From an uncultured virus (IMG/VR IMGVR_UViG_3300002170_000002) (Duplodnaviria; Heunggongvirae; Uroviricota; Caudoviricetes), in IMG/VR virus record IMGVR_UViG_3300002170_000002, positions 1-64,000 of that record: a stretch of DNA of 64,000 bases; one strand, given 5' to 3'. Of this stretch, positions 28,531 to 36,980 are shown one piece after another (positions within the stretch are counted from its first letter, which is position 1; each line of letters starts with the position of its first letter). Below the pieces are notes generated by a model. That model worked only from the letters and a program-made list of their open reading frames with translations. It did not search any database and had not been told where the DNA came from. Made by a program: the position numbers and the translations under genes.

Positions 28531-28578
28531 CTAATGTTTTTACTAATGTTTTTACTAATGTTTTTACTAATATTTTTT
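28531..28578. repeat. 12-bp tandem repeat CTAATGTTTTTA, about 3.5 copies
   Basis: Read directly, just after the hairpin CCTAAC-AATTAA-GTTAGG. Confidence 0.85.
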
Positions 28579-28657
28579 ATTCTTTATTTAGTTTTATTGA
28601 TTTCTCCTTTCTCCCAAATTTTTGATTATTCTTGATAATTTTTGATAATCTTTTTCT

Positions 28658-28918
28658 TCATTGTTTCCCCTTTAGATATTTTTCACTTGCTTTTCTTATT
28701 TCCCCCTCTTCCAATATTTCATCTTCTGCATCAAATAATAATTCTATCAAAAATAATTCATAATATTCCTCTTTATCTTTTTGTGTTGTTAGATTCTTTT
28801 CTACTTCTTTTATTTCTTCTAATTCTTCCAATATTTTTTCTTTTGCTTTTTCTAAAACTTCATCAGTGAATAACTTCTCAAACTTTTTTCGTTCTTTTTC
28901 AAAATACTCTACAATCAT
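28658..28918 (-). CDS. Hypothetical Glu/Lys-rich protein
   Basis: ORF track; SD GAGGAGG. Confidence 0.65.
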   Translation of the reverse strand: MIVEYFEKERKKFEKLFTDEVLEKAKEKILEELEEIKEVEKNLTTQKDKEEYYELFLIELLFDAEDEILEEGEIRKASEKYLKGKQ

Positions 28919-29181
28919 TTATTACCTCCTCTCTTGCCCCAAATGGGAAAACATTTCCAGAAAGTGGGAAAAACTTTCTGAATCTAAAATACAATTTCTC
29001 CCAATCTGAAATACAAACCCCCCTCCCCCTAAAATGGAAAAACTTTTCTCAATCCAGAATCCATATTTCCGCAATCTGTATTCCATTTTTTAGCGTAATC
29101 TTTTTAGCATAATCTTTATGACACTCAAGTACTTGCCCTCTTAATCTGAACATTAAATTAAGAGGGCGGGGTAAAAGCTGC

Positions 29182-29733
29182 TTAAAATCCTGACAATTTT
29201 GTTACAATATCCTTTAGAGATTTTGTATATCTGGTAAGCTTTCTCTTAAACTCTTTCTCTGTCAATTTATTCTCATAAACTTCATCTAAAAACTTTTCTC
29301 TCGTTTCTTCTGACACTTCTGGTTTCCATTGTCTAAAGGTATAGTAATTAGTACCGTCATGGTGGATATCTTTTGCTACTAAATTATAATTATCCAAACC
29401 TAAACTATACATATCGCCTTGAAATATTGACAAGACTTCATTCAATTGATTACTCATTTCTTTATACCCTTTTACTCTACCCCTCCACAATCCTAAATCT
29501 GCAAATACAATGATATCGTCTACAAGGTGGTGATACAGCATATCTTCTACATACTCAAAGTTTTCTCTTTCCAGTTCATAGATAAAATTGTATAATTCTT
29601 CATCTGTTGGTTCTGATTCATATCCAAACTTCTCAGCTTCAGCCCCGTAAAAGTCGTGATAAACTTCTCTATATTCTTCCAGTTCTTCATCTGTATAATG
29701 ACCAATATCTAACAAAGTATTTTTCAATTTCAT
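29182..29733 (-). CDS. Hypothetical acidic protein with ADLGLWRGR..GYK and HHDGTNYY motifs
   Basis: ORF track; motifs recalled from uncharacterised Firmicutes mobile-element proteins. Confidence 0.75.
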   Translation of the reverse strand: MKLKNTLLDIGHYTDEELEEYREVYHDFYGAEAEKFGYESEPTDEELYNFIYELERENFEYVEDMLYHHLVDDIIVFADLGLWRGRVKGYKEMSNQLNEVLSIFQGDMYSLGLDNYNLVAKDIHHDGTNYYTFRQWKPEVSEETREKFLDEVYENKLTEKEFKRKLTRYTKSLKDIVTKLSGF

Positions 29734-29800
29734 TTCTTTACCCCTTCCTGATTTTTGTAATTTATTTTTGTGCTGTCTTTCTGTGTATTATTTTTGTGTA

Positions 29801-30181
29801 TTATTTTTCCGTAAAAGGTTCGTGATACCCGTGTTCTTCCCAATCACTTTTATCATAGTATTGTGTTACCAAAACCGCATTGTCGGTTAACAATTCTATC
29901 AATGTTTGTAGTTCTTGCGTATAAGGTAATCCAATTGAAAACTCTCCAGAAAACTCATAAAACTCAAAACATTTCCTATCTTCATTCACTACTTCCGATT
30001 CTCCAAATATTTCAATGCTATCTTTTTTACGTTGGATTGAGATACCATAGCAAACGTCAAGGCTTCTATTTTCGTAAAGGGTGTTGACTTCTTCCCCTTT
30101 CAGTAAGGCTTTCCAGATTTCATTAATTCCATTGTAGGGTACCTCATGATAATTAAAATCCTCAAACAAAGTTCTGTCCAT
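29801..30181 (-). CDS. Hypothetical acidic protein
   Basis: ORF track; start moved to ATG 30181 to remove the overlap with the JAB gene. Confidence 0.65.
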   Translation of the reverse strand: MDRTLFEDFNYHEVPYNGINEIWKALLKGEEVNTLYENRSLDVCYGISIQRKKDSIEIFGESEVVNEDRKCFEFYEFSGEFSIGLPYTQELQTLIELLTDNAVLVTQYYDKSDWEEHGYHEPFTEK

Positions 30182-30215
30182 ATCTTTTCCCCTTCTACTT
30201 GTTTTTTTCTCCTTG

Positions 30216-30659
30216 TTATAAGTTTCCTTTTTCCTTAAAGCTATAAAAATTACCACTACCGACTATAAGGTGGTCTAACACTTCAATACCAACTAATTTA
30301 CCAACCTCTACAAGCCGTTTTGTTATCGATACATCTTCTCTTGATGGGCTTGGGTCTCCTGAGGGGTGGTTGTGCAGCAGCATAATGTTATTTGCACTTG
30401 CTACGATTGCTTTTTTAAACACTTCACGTGGGTGGACTAAAGTTTGATTTAATATGCCAATTGACACGATGTAGTTACCAATCGGTTTTAGTTTTGTATC
30501 TAAGAGGATAGCCGCAAACGCTTCTTTATCTTCTTCTATATATTCGTTTAGTATTTGTTTTCCTAATTCGTAGAGTAAGTCTGGACTATTTATATTTTTT
30601 CTTCCATCGTGATATATCCCTGTTTTTTCTTTTATGAGTTTGATTGTTGGTAAATCCAT
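30216..30659 (-). CDS. radC: RadC-like JAB-domain protein
   Basis: VHPREVFK.A, HNHPSGDPSPSREDVSIT and GIEVLDHLIVG motifs. Confidence 0.92.
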   Translation of the reverse strand: MDLPTIKLIKEKTGIYHDGRKNINSPDLLYELGKQILNEYIEEDKEAFAAILLDTKLKPIGNYIVSIGILNQTLVHPREVFKKAIVASANNIMLLHNHPSGDPSPSREDVSITKRLVEVGKLVGIEVLDHLIVGSGNFYSFKEKGNL

Positions 30660-30778
30660 TTTTCCGCCTCTTTCTGTATCTAATACTAATATATCATATT
30701 TTCAGGTGTTTGTCAAGGGTTGTCAAGGGGTATTTTCTAAATTTTCAAGTAATTCCATGTAGTAGTTAACGATTAAAT

Positions 30779-30955
30779 TTATTCTATTGTATGGTCGATA
30801 TAGTCCGTAAGCTCAATATAGTACTTGCCCTCCATGTTCCTATAGAGTACAACGTTCAGACCTTTGTAATTACCATAACATCGACCGCCAAATTCCGATA
30901 GAAAATTATTGTATGTTGCCTGTGTGACCTCCATCTTGACGTTTTTTATAATCAT
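30779..30955 (-). CDS. Hypothetical early protein
   Basis: Start at ATG 30955 after SD GAGGAGG; own promoter. Confidence 0.65.
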   Translation of the reverse strand: MIIKNVKMEVTQATYNNFLSEFGGRCYGNYKGLNVVLYRNMEGKYYIELTDYIDHTIE

Positions 30956-31092
30956 GCTATAACCTCCTCTTTCATTTGTAATACTAATATACCATATTTT
31001 TAGGTGTTTGTCAAGGGTTATCAAGAGGTATTTTCTAAATTTTCATCGGGCGGTTGGTGGAAAATAGGGTAGTCAACCGCCCGATATTTCAT

Positions 31093-31347
31093 TTAAATGT
31101 ATGGTCTCAAGTCGTGGGTATTAATTGGCACAAATTCACTTGTTACCATGTCCGCATAGCTTTTAATCCAGTTTGTTTGTTTACTTGTAGTGGGTGAATA
31201 TTTCGTGCTATTAAATAGCACTTTATCCTCAACCCATTGGACTATTACCGTATTGTATGAAAAAAGTTTATCCCCTGTCGATGTCATATTCAGCGATTTA
31301 CCTTTTTCACCTTTTAAGAATCTTTCCCCAACTTGTTGGTTTGTCAT
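31093..31347 (-). CDS. Hypothetical early protein (SYNT.I ... YS.TTSK motif family)
   Basis: ORF track; own promoter and SD; followed by a 12-bp-stem hairpin at 31045-31085. Confidence 0.75.
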   Translation of the reverse strand: MTNQQVGERFLKGEKGKSLNMTSTGDKLFSYNTVIVQWVEDKVLFNSTKYSPTTSKQTNWIKSYADMVTSEFVPINTHDLRPYI

Positions 31348-31426
31348 AGAATAGCCTCCTTCTTTATTGTAATACCATTATACCATACTTTTATTGGTTT
31401 GTCAAGTGCTTTTTCAAATAATTCAT

Positions 31427-31783
31427 CTATTCATCGTCATCTTCTTCTTCAACCCCGTACAGTTCGATTTCGTTCTCGTTTACATATTCCAAAATTTCAT
31501 CTCTAAACTGGTCGAAATAATCTTGCAAATAGTGTTCATTAGGGATTGACTCCAGATTGCCATATCCGTCAAATGAAAAATATTCATCGTTGGGATTAAA
31601 CGGGTCTTGACTAAACTTGTACCGCCCGCCATAGAATGCCGCCATGATTGCTTCCTCTACATCATGCCCGAAAGCCCCGCTCAGTTCACCCATGTAAAAA
31701 ACCTCGTTACCATAATATCCCAATTCGCCCATAATCTCGTTGAATTGTCCTAACTCAATGCCATTAATATTATTGTATTTCAT
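31427..31783 (-). CDS. Highly acidic early protein (FNPNDEYFSFDGYGNLES motif)
   Basis: ORF track; own promoter. Confidence 0.75.
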   Translation of the reverse strand: MKYNNINGIELGQFNEIMGELGYYGNEVFYMGELSGAFGHDVEEAIMAAFYGGRYKFSQDPFNPNDEYFSFDGYGNLESIPNEHYLQDYFDQFRDEILEYVNENEIELYGVEEEDDDE

Positions 31784-31855
31784 TTCTTTTCCTCCATTTG
31801 TTTATTGTAATTACATTATATCATGCTTTTACTAACTTGTCAAGTGTTTTTTATA

Positions 31856-32053
31856 TCAGTATTCAATCCGCCCAGATTCAACAGCTTTTCCCAAATTATC
31901 AGCATCATCGAAATAAAATTCTCCGATATCGTCTGGTACTGATGCACCCTTTATCCATACGACTTTACCGTTGACCTCAAACCGTAAATCCATCGTACCG
32001 TCTCCATTGGCTATGGTCTCATATAAATTTTCTTCGATTAGATGTTTTTTCAT
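31856..32053 (-). CDS. Hypothetical early protein
   Basis: ORF track. Confidence 0.65.
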   Translation of the reverse strand: MKKHLIEENLYETIANGDGTMDLRFEVNGKVVWIKGASVPDDIGEFYFDDADNLGKAVESGRIEY

Positions 32054-32073
32054 TTTTTACCCCCATTTTTTGG

Positions 32074-32283
32074 TTAAAGAGCGAACATAAATGATGCCGC
32101 TTCTCTGTCGCTACTAATGAAATCTCCTCTGTATGTTACAAACTTTTGAACTAATTCTTTGCCCTCAGCTGTTGCCAAAAACTCGTCAAACGCTTTAACA
32201 GCTTCGTCATATCCCGCTACCCTGTCGCTGTTTGAATACAAAAAATCGTATTCGTTGTTAAAATCATCAAGTAGTTTTTTCAT
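32074..32283 (-). CDS. Hypothetical early protein
   Basis: ORF track; own promoter and SD AAGGAG. Confidence 0.7.
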   Translation of the reverse strand: MKKLLDDFNNEYDFLYSNSDRVAGYDEAVKAFDEFLATAEGKELVQKFVTYRGDFISSDREAASFMFAL

Positions 32284-32389
32284 TTTTTTCTCCTTTCTCT
32301 CTATCTACTTATAGTATAGCATAAGTTAGGGCGGGTGTCAAGTCTTTTGTAAAAGTATTTTTATTGTCTTATTGCTTTAGTAGAGTAAG

Positions 32390-32830
32390 TTAACTAAATA
32401 TAGTTCTGTCAAATGTTTCATCTTCTTTCGCTAATATTTCCATTACAATCGTTTCAGGGTCGTTCTCTTCCTCAAATTCGGGTAGTCGTCTGTCAATCTC
32501 AGTCATAAGAATACCAAATGCGGTAGAGTGGATTATAAATTCGTCTAATGCCTCTGTGTCGGGAATAGATATTAATTTTTGTTCTGTCTCTACAAAGTAT
32601 TGCCCATGCGGATTAAATTCGCTATCTCTACCGTAAGGGTTAAAGTTTCCGCCATTTCTTGCCATATCTAAAACGTATGAGTGACTATAGGGTAGATTGT
32701 CAATTTCTTCCATAAACTTCAATTCATCACCCCACCCAAAAAACTTGTAGAACTTAAATTTTGAGTCAACGTCTATGCTTCGGATATATTCTTCTGCTTT
32801 AATTCTTACCGCTGTTCTTTTTTTGTACAT
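32390..32830 (-). CDS. Acidic early protein, distant paralogue of 31427-31783
   Basis: Shared FNP...YF......L.SIP....L.(D/E)(Y/F) pattern; own promoter. Confidence 0.7.
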   Translation of the reverse strand: MYKKRTAVRIKAEEYIRSIDVDSKFKFYKFFGWGDELKFMEEIDNLPYSHSYVLDMARNGGNFNPYGRDSEFNPHGQYFVETEQKLISIPDTEALDEFIIHSTAFGILMTEIDRRLPEFEEENDPETIVMEILAKEDETFDRTIFS

Positions 32831-33002
32831 ATTTTTCCTCCTTTTTCTCCTTTCTCTCTATCTACTTATAATATACCATACTTTTTCTGTTCTGTCAAGC
32901 CTTTTTTCATCTTTTTTCTAAATTCTTTTAGGGTTTTATACCCCCGCTTTTATCAATAGTAATCATTACATTTTCCAGTGGTACAATGCTAGGGTTTTTG
33001 TA

Positions 33003-33200
33003 CTATTTAATTCCTATAAATTTTTCTATCGAATCTCTGTACAAATTGTATTCGCTTGCCGTAATTAGACCACGCTTTTTTGTTTTCATATATAGAGTCA
33101 ATTTCTCTACCCCAAATTCAAACAACGGTTTGTCTTGTTCATAATACTGTTCTTTCATTACTTTTACAATTTCTTCAATCCTCTTTTGCCTTGCATTCAT
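33003..33200 (-). CDS. Hypothetical early protein
   Basis: ORF track; own promoter and SD AAGGAG. Confidence 0.65.
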   Translation of the reverse strand: MNARQKRIEEIVKVMKEQYYEQDKPLFEFGVEKLTLYMKTKKRGLITASEYNLYRDSIEKFIGIK

Positions 33201-33480
33201 TTTTTAGTCTCCTTTTCTTCCTTTTTTGTATCTAATACTAATATAGCAGATACCTTCCACCTTGTCAATACCTTTTTGCCCTTAATTCCTCATTTTATCC
33301 TCATAATATTTTTTTAGGAAAACCTTTTCCTTGCAATTATCACACTAAAGTGAGTAATTATTCATTTTTACCCTCGTTTTACCCCAAGGAAAACGATTTC
33401 CTTTGGATTATCATTCAGAGTAATAAATAATAAATCTTTTCTCTTTTTTGTATGAAAAGGCTTTCCTCTTGAGAATAAAT

Positions 33481-33512
33481 AAAAAAAAGATAACCTAAAT
33501 AATTAGGTTATC
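33481..33512 (-). terminator. Intrinsic terminator after the J-domain gene
   Basis: GATAACCTAA-ATAA-TTAGGTTATC followed by a T-run on the minus strand. Confidence 0.75.
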
Positions 33513-33993
33513 CGTTTAATGCTTTTTGTTCTTGTGTTTCTATTTTTTGGCTACCGTACCTATTTCTCAAGGTGTTAAACTTTTCTTTCTTGTAATATCC
33601 TGTTGAATCCAGTCCTATTGTACTATAGTACCATTTTTTCCGACCTTTAGACCACCTAAACCCGATTTTCTTTAAGTCCTCTCTATAGGGATAGCTGTTG
33701 CCCCCTATCCATATCCAGTAACCTATGATTTCAATTTCTAACCCTTCCATATGGACTAACTTATCAATGATTCTGGGGTAGGTTTTCGCTGTTTCTTCTG
33801 TGGCTTCTTTTGCTGAGTTCGGTTTCTGATATTTCTCTCTAAATTTCATTGCCTCAAATAAGTTTTCATATTCATCATTAAGCTTTTTCATTTCCGTATC
33901 ACTACCCCCGCAATCTGGGTGTAGTTTCATCGCCCATTTTCTATATTCTTTCTTTAGGTGTTCAAGGCTTTCAATGTTTTTAAGGTATTTCAT
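33508..33993 (-). CDS. J-domain (DnaJ-like HPD) protein
   Basis: LKKEYRKWAMKLHPDCGG...MK.LN.EYE; C-terminal IEIIGYWIWI.G......LK..GFRWS...K.WY domain. Confidence 0.85.
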   Translation of the reverse strand: MKYLKNIESLEHLKKEYRKWAMKLHPDCGGSDTEMKKLNDEYENLFEAMKFREKYQKPNSAKEATEETAKTYPRIIDKLVHMEGLEIEIIGYWIWIGGNSYPYREDLKKIGFRWSKGRKKWYYSTIGLDSTGYYKKEKFNTLRNRYGSQKIETQEQKALNG

Positions 33994-34178
33994 GTTTTCC
34001 CTTTCCTTTCTTTTTTTGGGGGGAATCTGTTTTGTGGTATTTCCTATCTGACCTTAATGTATCATATTTTTAGAATCTTGTCAACCCTTTTTGACCTTTT
34101 TTCTATCTTTTTTAGTTTCTTCCTCCCCTCCTTTATATAAGGTAGTTATTCGGATTATAAATTATTTTTCTAAAGCCC

Positions 34179-34207
34179 TTGACAACGGGAATCATATATG
34201 GTATACT
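34179..34207 (+). promoter_or_regulatory. Plus-strand sigmaA promoter with no downstream ORF
   Basis: TTGACA-17bp-TATACT with extended TG. Confidence 0.65.
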
Positions 34208-34465
34208 AAAGACAGTTAGAAGAGATAGCGAACAGATTACTCATTGGAACAATATGCGTAAAACACGCAGGGATAAAATAGGGAAAACCTTTTCATTTAG
34301 ATTGTCACAGAAAAAATGAATAAACATTCTTTTTATTATGCATTTTTCAGGTAGGAAAACGATTTCTTTTCATTTATCATTCACTTTTTTGCATAAATTC
34401 CCAATATTTTTAAGGGGAAAACGGTTTCACTCTCCTTTAACGTTAAAAAGTTATCACAAAAACCC

Positions 34466-34494
34466 TTGACTTTTGGAATGGTATCTGGTATACT
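34466..34494 (+). promoter_or_regulatory. Plus-strand sigmaA promoter upstream of 22-bp array copy 2
   Basis: TTGACT-17bp-TATACT with extended TG; positional counterpart of the promoter at 27951. Confidence 0.65.
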
Positions 34495-34630
34495 CAAGAG
34501 GGATATATTAGGAAAAAATAGCTGTATATTTCTTAACGAACTGATGTATCTATTTCCTACCCTGAAGTATGAAAGAATATAGTGAAAGATATAAAAGGGA
34601 AGAGAAGATATAGATATAAAGATAGAGAAT

Positions 34631-34733
34631 AGCTCTTATAAAGGAACAGATAAGTCCTTATAAAGGCTCGGAGAAGCCCTTATAAAGAGTTGGAGAAGCC
34701 CTTATAAAGAGTTGGAGAAGCCCTATACGTGTA
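34631..34733 (+). repeat. 22-bp iteron-like array, copy 2
   Basis: AGCTCTTATAAAG / AGTCCTTATAAAG / AGCCCTTATAAAG x2 at a 22-bp period, then AGCCCTATACGTGTA. Confidence 0.9.
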
Positions 34734-35363
34734 CAGCTCACACAACTTTCTTACGATAAAGTTTTTCAGAAGTTAAAATTTTTGTTTAGCTAAGTTTTAG
34801 CTTAGAAGTTTTTGGAATAAAGAATGAGAGAAGTTAATTTTCCTCTCCCCAAACTTTTGCAAAATATTGAGAAATTGTGAATCGAATAAAAGGCTTTATA
34901 GAGCCATTCTGATTTGATTGAAATTCTTTGACATATACTTACCTCCTTAAAAATCTCAATTCAATTAACTCGTCTTTTTATCTTTTTGTTGATGTTTTGA
35001 AGATGGCTTGATTTCAACGTCTGTGAGATGTTTTCTTATTTTCTGTTTTTACAAACTTTATTTTCAATAAATTGGCTACAAATGGCTTGATTTCAATGGT
35101 TACAGGTAGTTTTTTAATTTTTATAAAATTCAAGGTATACCCTCAATTTTACAATTTTTGCTTTTTAGGGGGTAAATCGATGTAGAAATGCTTGGGATGG
35201 GAAAACTTTTCTGACCTTGGGGGAGGTTTTTCTGAATCTAAAGTCCAATTATGGGAAATTCTTTCTGGCATTTTGGGAAAACTTTTCTGAATCTAAAGTC
35301 CACTGATTGTGAATAAAAAGTTCACAATCTAAAGTCCACTGATTATGAATCAAAAGTTCAAAT

Positions 35364-35390
35364 AAAAAGGAAGGTAATTTCCTACCCTCC
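35364..35390 (-). terminator. Intrinsic terminator downstream of iscB and the replication module
   Basis: GGAGGGTA-GGAAAT-TACCTTCC-TTTTT on the minus strand. Confidence 0.7.
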
Positions 35391-35456
35391 CCTAACTTTA
35401 GTGAATTTTTTAACGTACTGATTTTTAACTCTCCTTGGCAAGAAGTCCTCCATCCT

Positions 35457-36722
35457 CTATAGGTGGAGGATGAATTGCCAATTATTGTTATGATTTACAA
35501 ATTCTAAATGTTTGAAACTTACTTGTTTATGTGTTTTATCTGGTATTGTCATATAACTATTTTCTATATCTTTTATATAACATCCACCACTTGCAAAACC
35601 ACTTATAAAACCTACCTTACCAAAGGCTCTTACTTTGTCATTTAGATAAAAACCATTTTGATATTTAGTATTCTTACTATTCCTTTTTTGCGTTTTGTTA
35701 GGTTCTTTTCTACCTTTCCTAGCTATTGCTTCATGTAAACTACGTTTTTTCTTTCTAAACTGTTTGACTTTGAATATACCTACACTATCTATAAAATCTT
35801 TTTCTACTTGGGAAATAACTAATGCATCATTATAATGTGTTTTTTCTAAACTTAGTTCTTTTCTTCTTGGTGTAGTCCAACTCCCATAAACTATATTGGC
35901 ATTAGGATATTTCTGAAAAACCCTTTGCCTAATTGTATTCATAAAAGGTGTTTCCTTATAGCTTGGTGCTTTCTTTTTGTTTATCATCCAATCATATAGA
36001 ACACCACCTTCTTTGTGGTTTTTACTAGTATGACAATCAGTACAAACTGTAATTAGATTATCTGCTCTATTACTTCCACCCTTTGAAACATATTTGATAT
36101 GATGTGTTTGTAATGTTTTATCTTTCTTTTTACAAACTTGACAAGTGTAGCTATCTCTAGCGAACACATAATATCTTATATCATAATATCCATATGTTTG
36201 CCCTTTTTGATAATCAGTACCTTCTATTTTTGGATTAATCATTTTCTGTACATCAAATTTACCAACTTCAATATTTAGCTTAGGGTTAGGTAATAAATCT
36301 ACAAATTTGTCAATCCACATAAAAGTATTATCTATCCTACTTTGAATTGATGGTGGTAACCACCCTTTAGACTTTTTTCTATTATCATACCTAGGCTTTC
36401 TATATCTAGTCTTTCTATACCTTCTACCTCTACGATATTGCCTTCTAGTGTCTAGTAATGATTTTACATCTTGTCTTAGTTCTATCTCACCCTTTGTAAT
36501 TACTTTGTTTTCTGATTGTATAGCTATGCCTATATACTTTGCACCTAAATCAATGCCAATATTAATAGGTTGTTTAGCTTCGCCAGTTACATACAATAAT
36601 TGTATTGTAAAAGGTTTGTAGTTAATTACTTTAGCTTTATTTTGCTTTAGTAACTTTCTTGCTTTTTGAGGAGTGGTAGGCATTAAAGCCTCTCCTCTTA
36701 AATTTTTGACATATACTCTCAA
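35457..36722 (-). CDS. iscB: RNA-guided endonuclease IscB
   Basis: N-terminal ALMPT (PLMP domain), RuvC-I GIDLG, Arg-rich bridge helix RRQYRRGRR, RuvC-II IEVGKFD, HNH C..C...HHI...GGS...NL..VC..CH, RuvC-III HYNDA. Confidence 0.95.
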   Translation of the reverse strand: MRVYVKNLRGEALMPTTPQKARKLLKQNKAKVINYKPFTIQLLYVTGEAKQPINIGIDLGAKYIGIAIQSENKVITKGEIELRQDVKSLLDTRRQYRRGRRYRKTRYRKPRYDNRKKSKGWLPPSIQSRIDNTFMWIDKFVDLLPNPKLNIEVGKFDVQKMINPKIEGTDYQKGQTYGYYDIRYYVFARDSYTCQVCKKKDKTLQTHHIKYVSKGGSNRADNLITVCTDCHTSKNHKEGGVLYDWMINKKKAPSYKETPFMNTIRQRVFQKYPNANIVYGSWTTPRRKELSLEKTHYNDALVISQVEKDFIDSVGIFKVKQFRKKKRSLHEAIARKGRKEPNKTQKRNSKNTKYQNGFYLNDKVRAFGKVGFISGFASGGCYIKDIENSYMTIPDKTHKQVSFKHLEFVNHNNNWQFILHL

Positions 36723-36975
36723 GATATGTCCTCCTTTCAGAGTTGTTACCCTTCGACAATGTTATTATAGCTTATATGTGAGAACATACACATTAGGTTC
36801 ACTGTTCCTACTCATCAGAACTGTTTAGAGTGCCTACACAGAGCTTAGAACTAGGGTATCATTCTAAGGTGTGATAACTATAATAACGTAGTAAATTAAT
36901 ACTTAGTCTAGTCAATCATAGCTTTACAAGCTCCCACTTCAAGTGTCATTAGACTCTAAGTGGTGAGTTATTGAC
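36723..36975 (-). ncRNA. omegaRNA (HEARO-like) scaffold
   Basis: About 250-nt leader starting GTCAA...TTGAC and containing CTACGTT, CTAGTTCTAAGCTCT and ACATTGTCGAAGGG, features typical of IscB leaders. Confidence 0.8.
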
Positions 36976-36980
36976 TATAC

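Larger units (their letters stand above)
27747..34084 (-). promoter_or_regulatory. Set of nine near-consensus sigmaA early promoters
   Basis: TTGACA-17bp-TAyAnT-type -10 with extended TG; -35 boxes at 27770-75, 30711-16, 31009-14, 31400-05, 31838-43, 32336-41, 32893-98, 33263-68 and 34079-84. Confidence 0.85.
35437..36975 (-). mobile_element. IS200/IS605-superfamily IscB (OMEGA) element without tnpA; left boundary approximate
   Basis: Begins GTCAATAAC.C at 36975 (minus strand); omegaRNA-like leader; iscB; terminal hairpin TCCTCCACCT-ATAG-AGGATGGAGGA around the stop codon. Confidence 0.8.

Noticed and set aside
28405..34733. 22-bp constant/variable arrays as TIGR-type guide arrays
   Set aside because: The period is 22 rather than about 36 nt, linkers repeat within arrays, no box C/D-like motifs were seen, and no Nop-domain protein was recognised.
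35198..35300. TTTTCTGAA words as CodY boxes
   Set aside because: Best matches have four or more mismatches to AATTTTCWGAAAATT, which is not meaningful in such AT-rich DNA.
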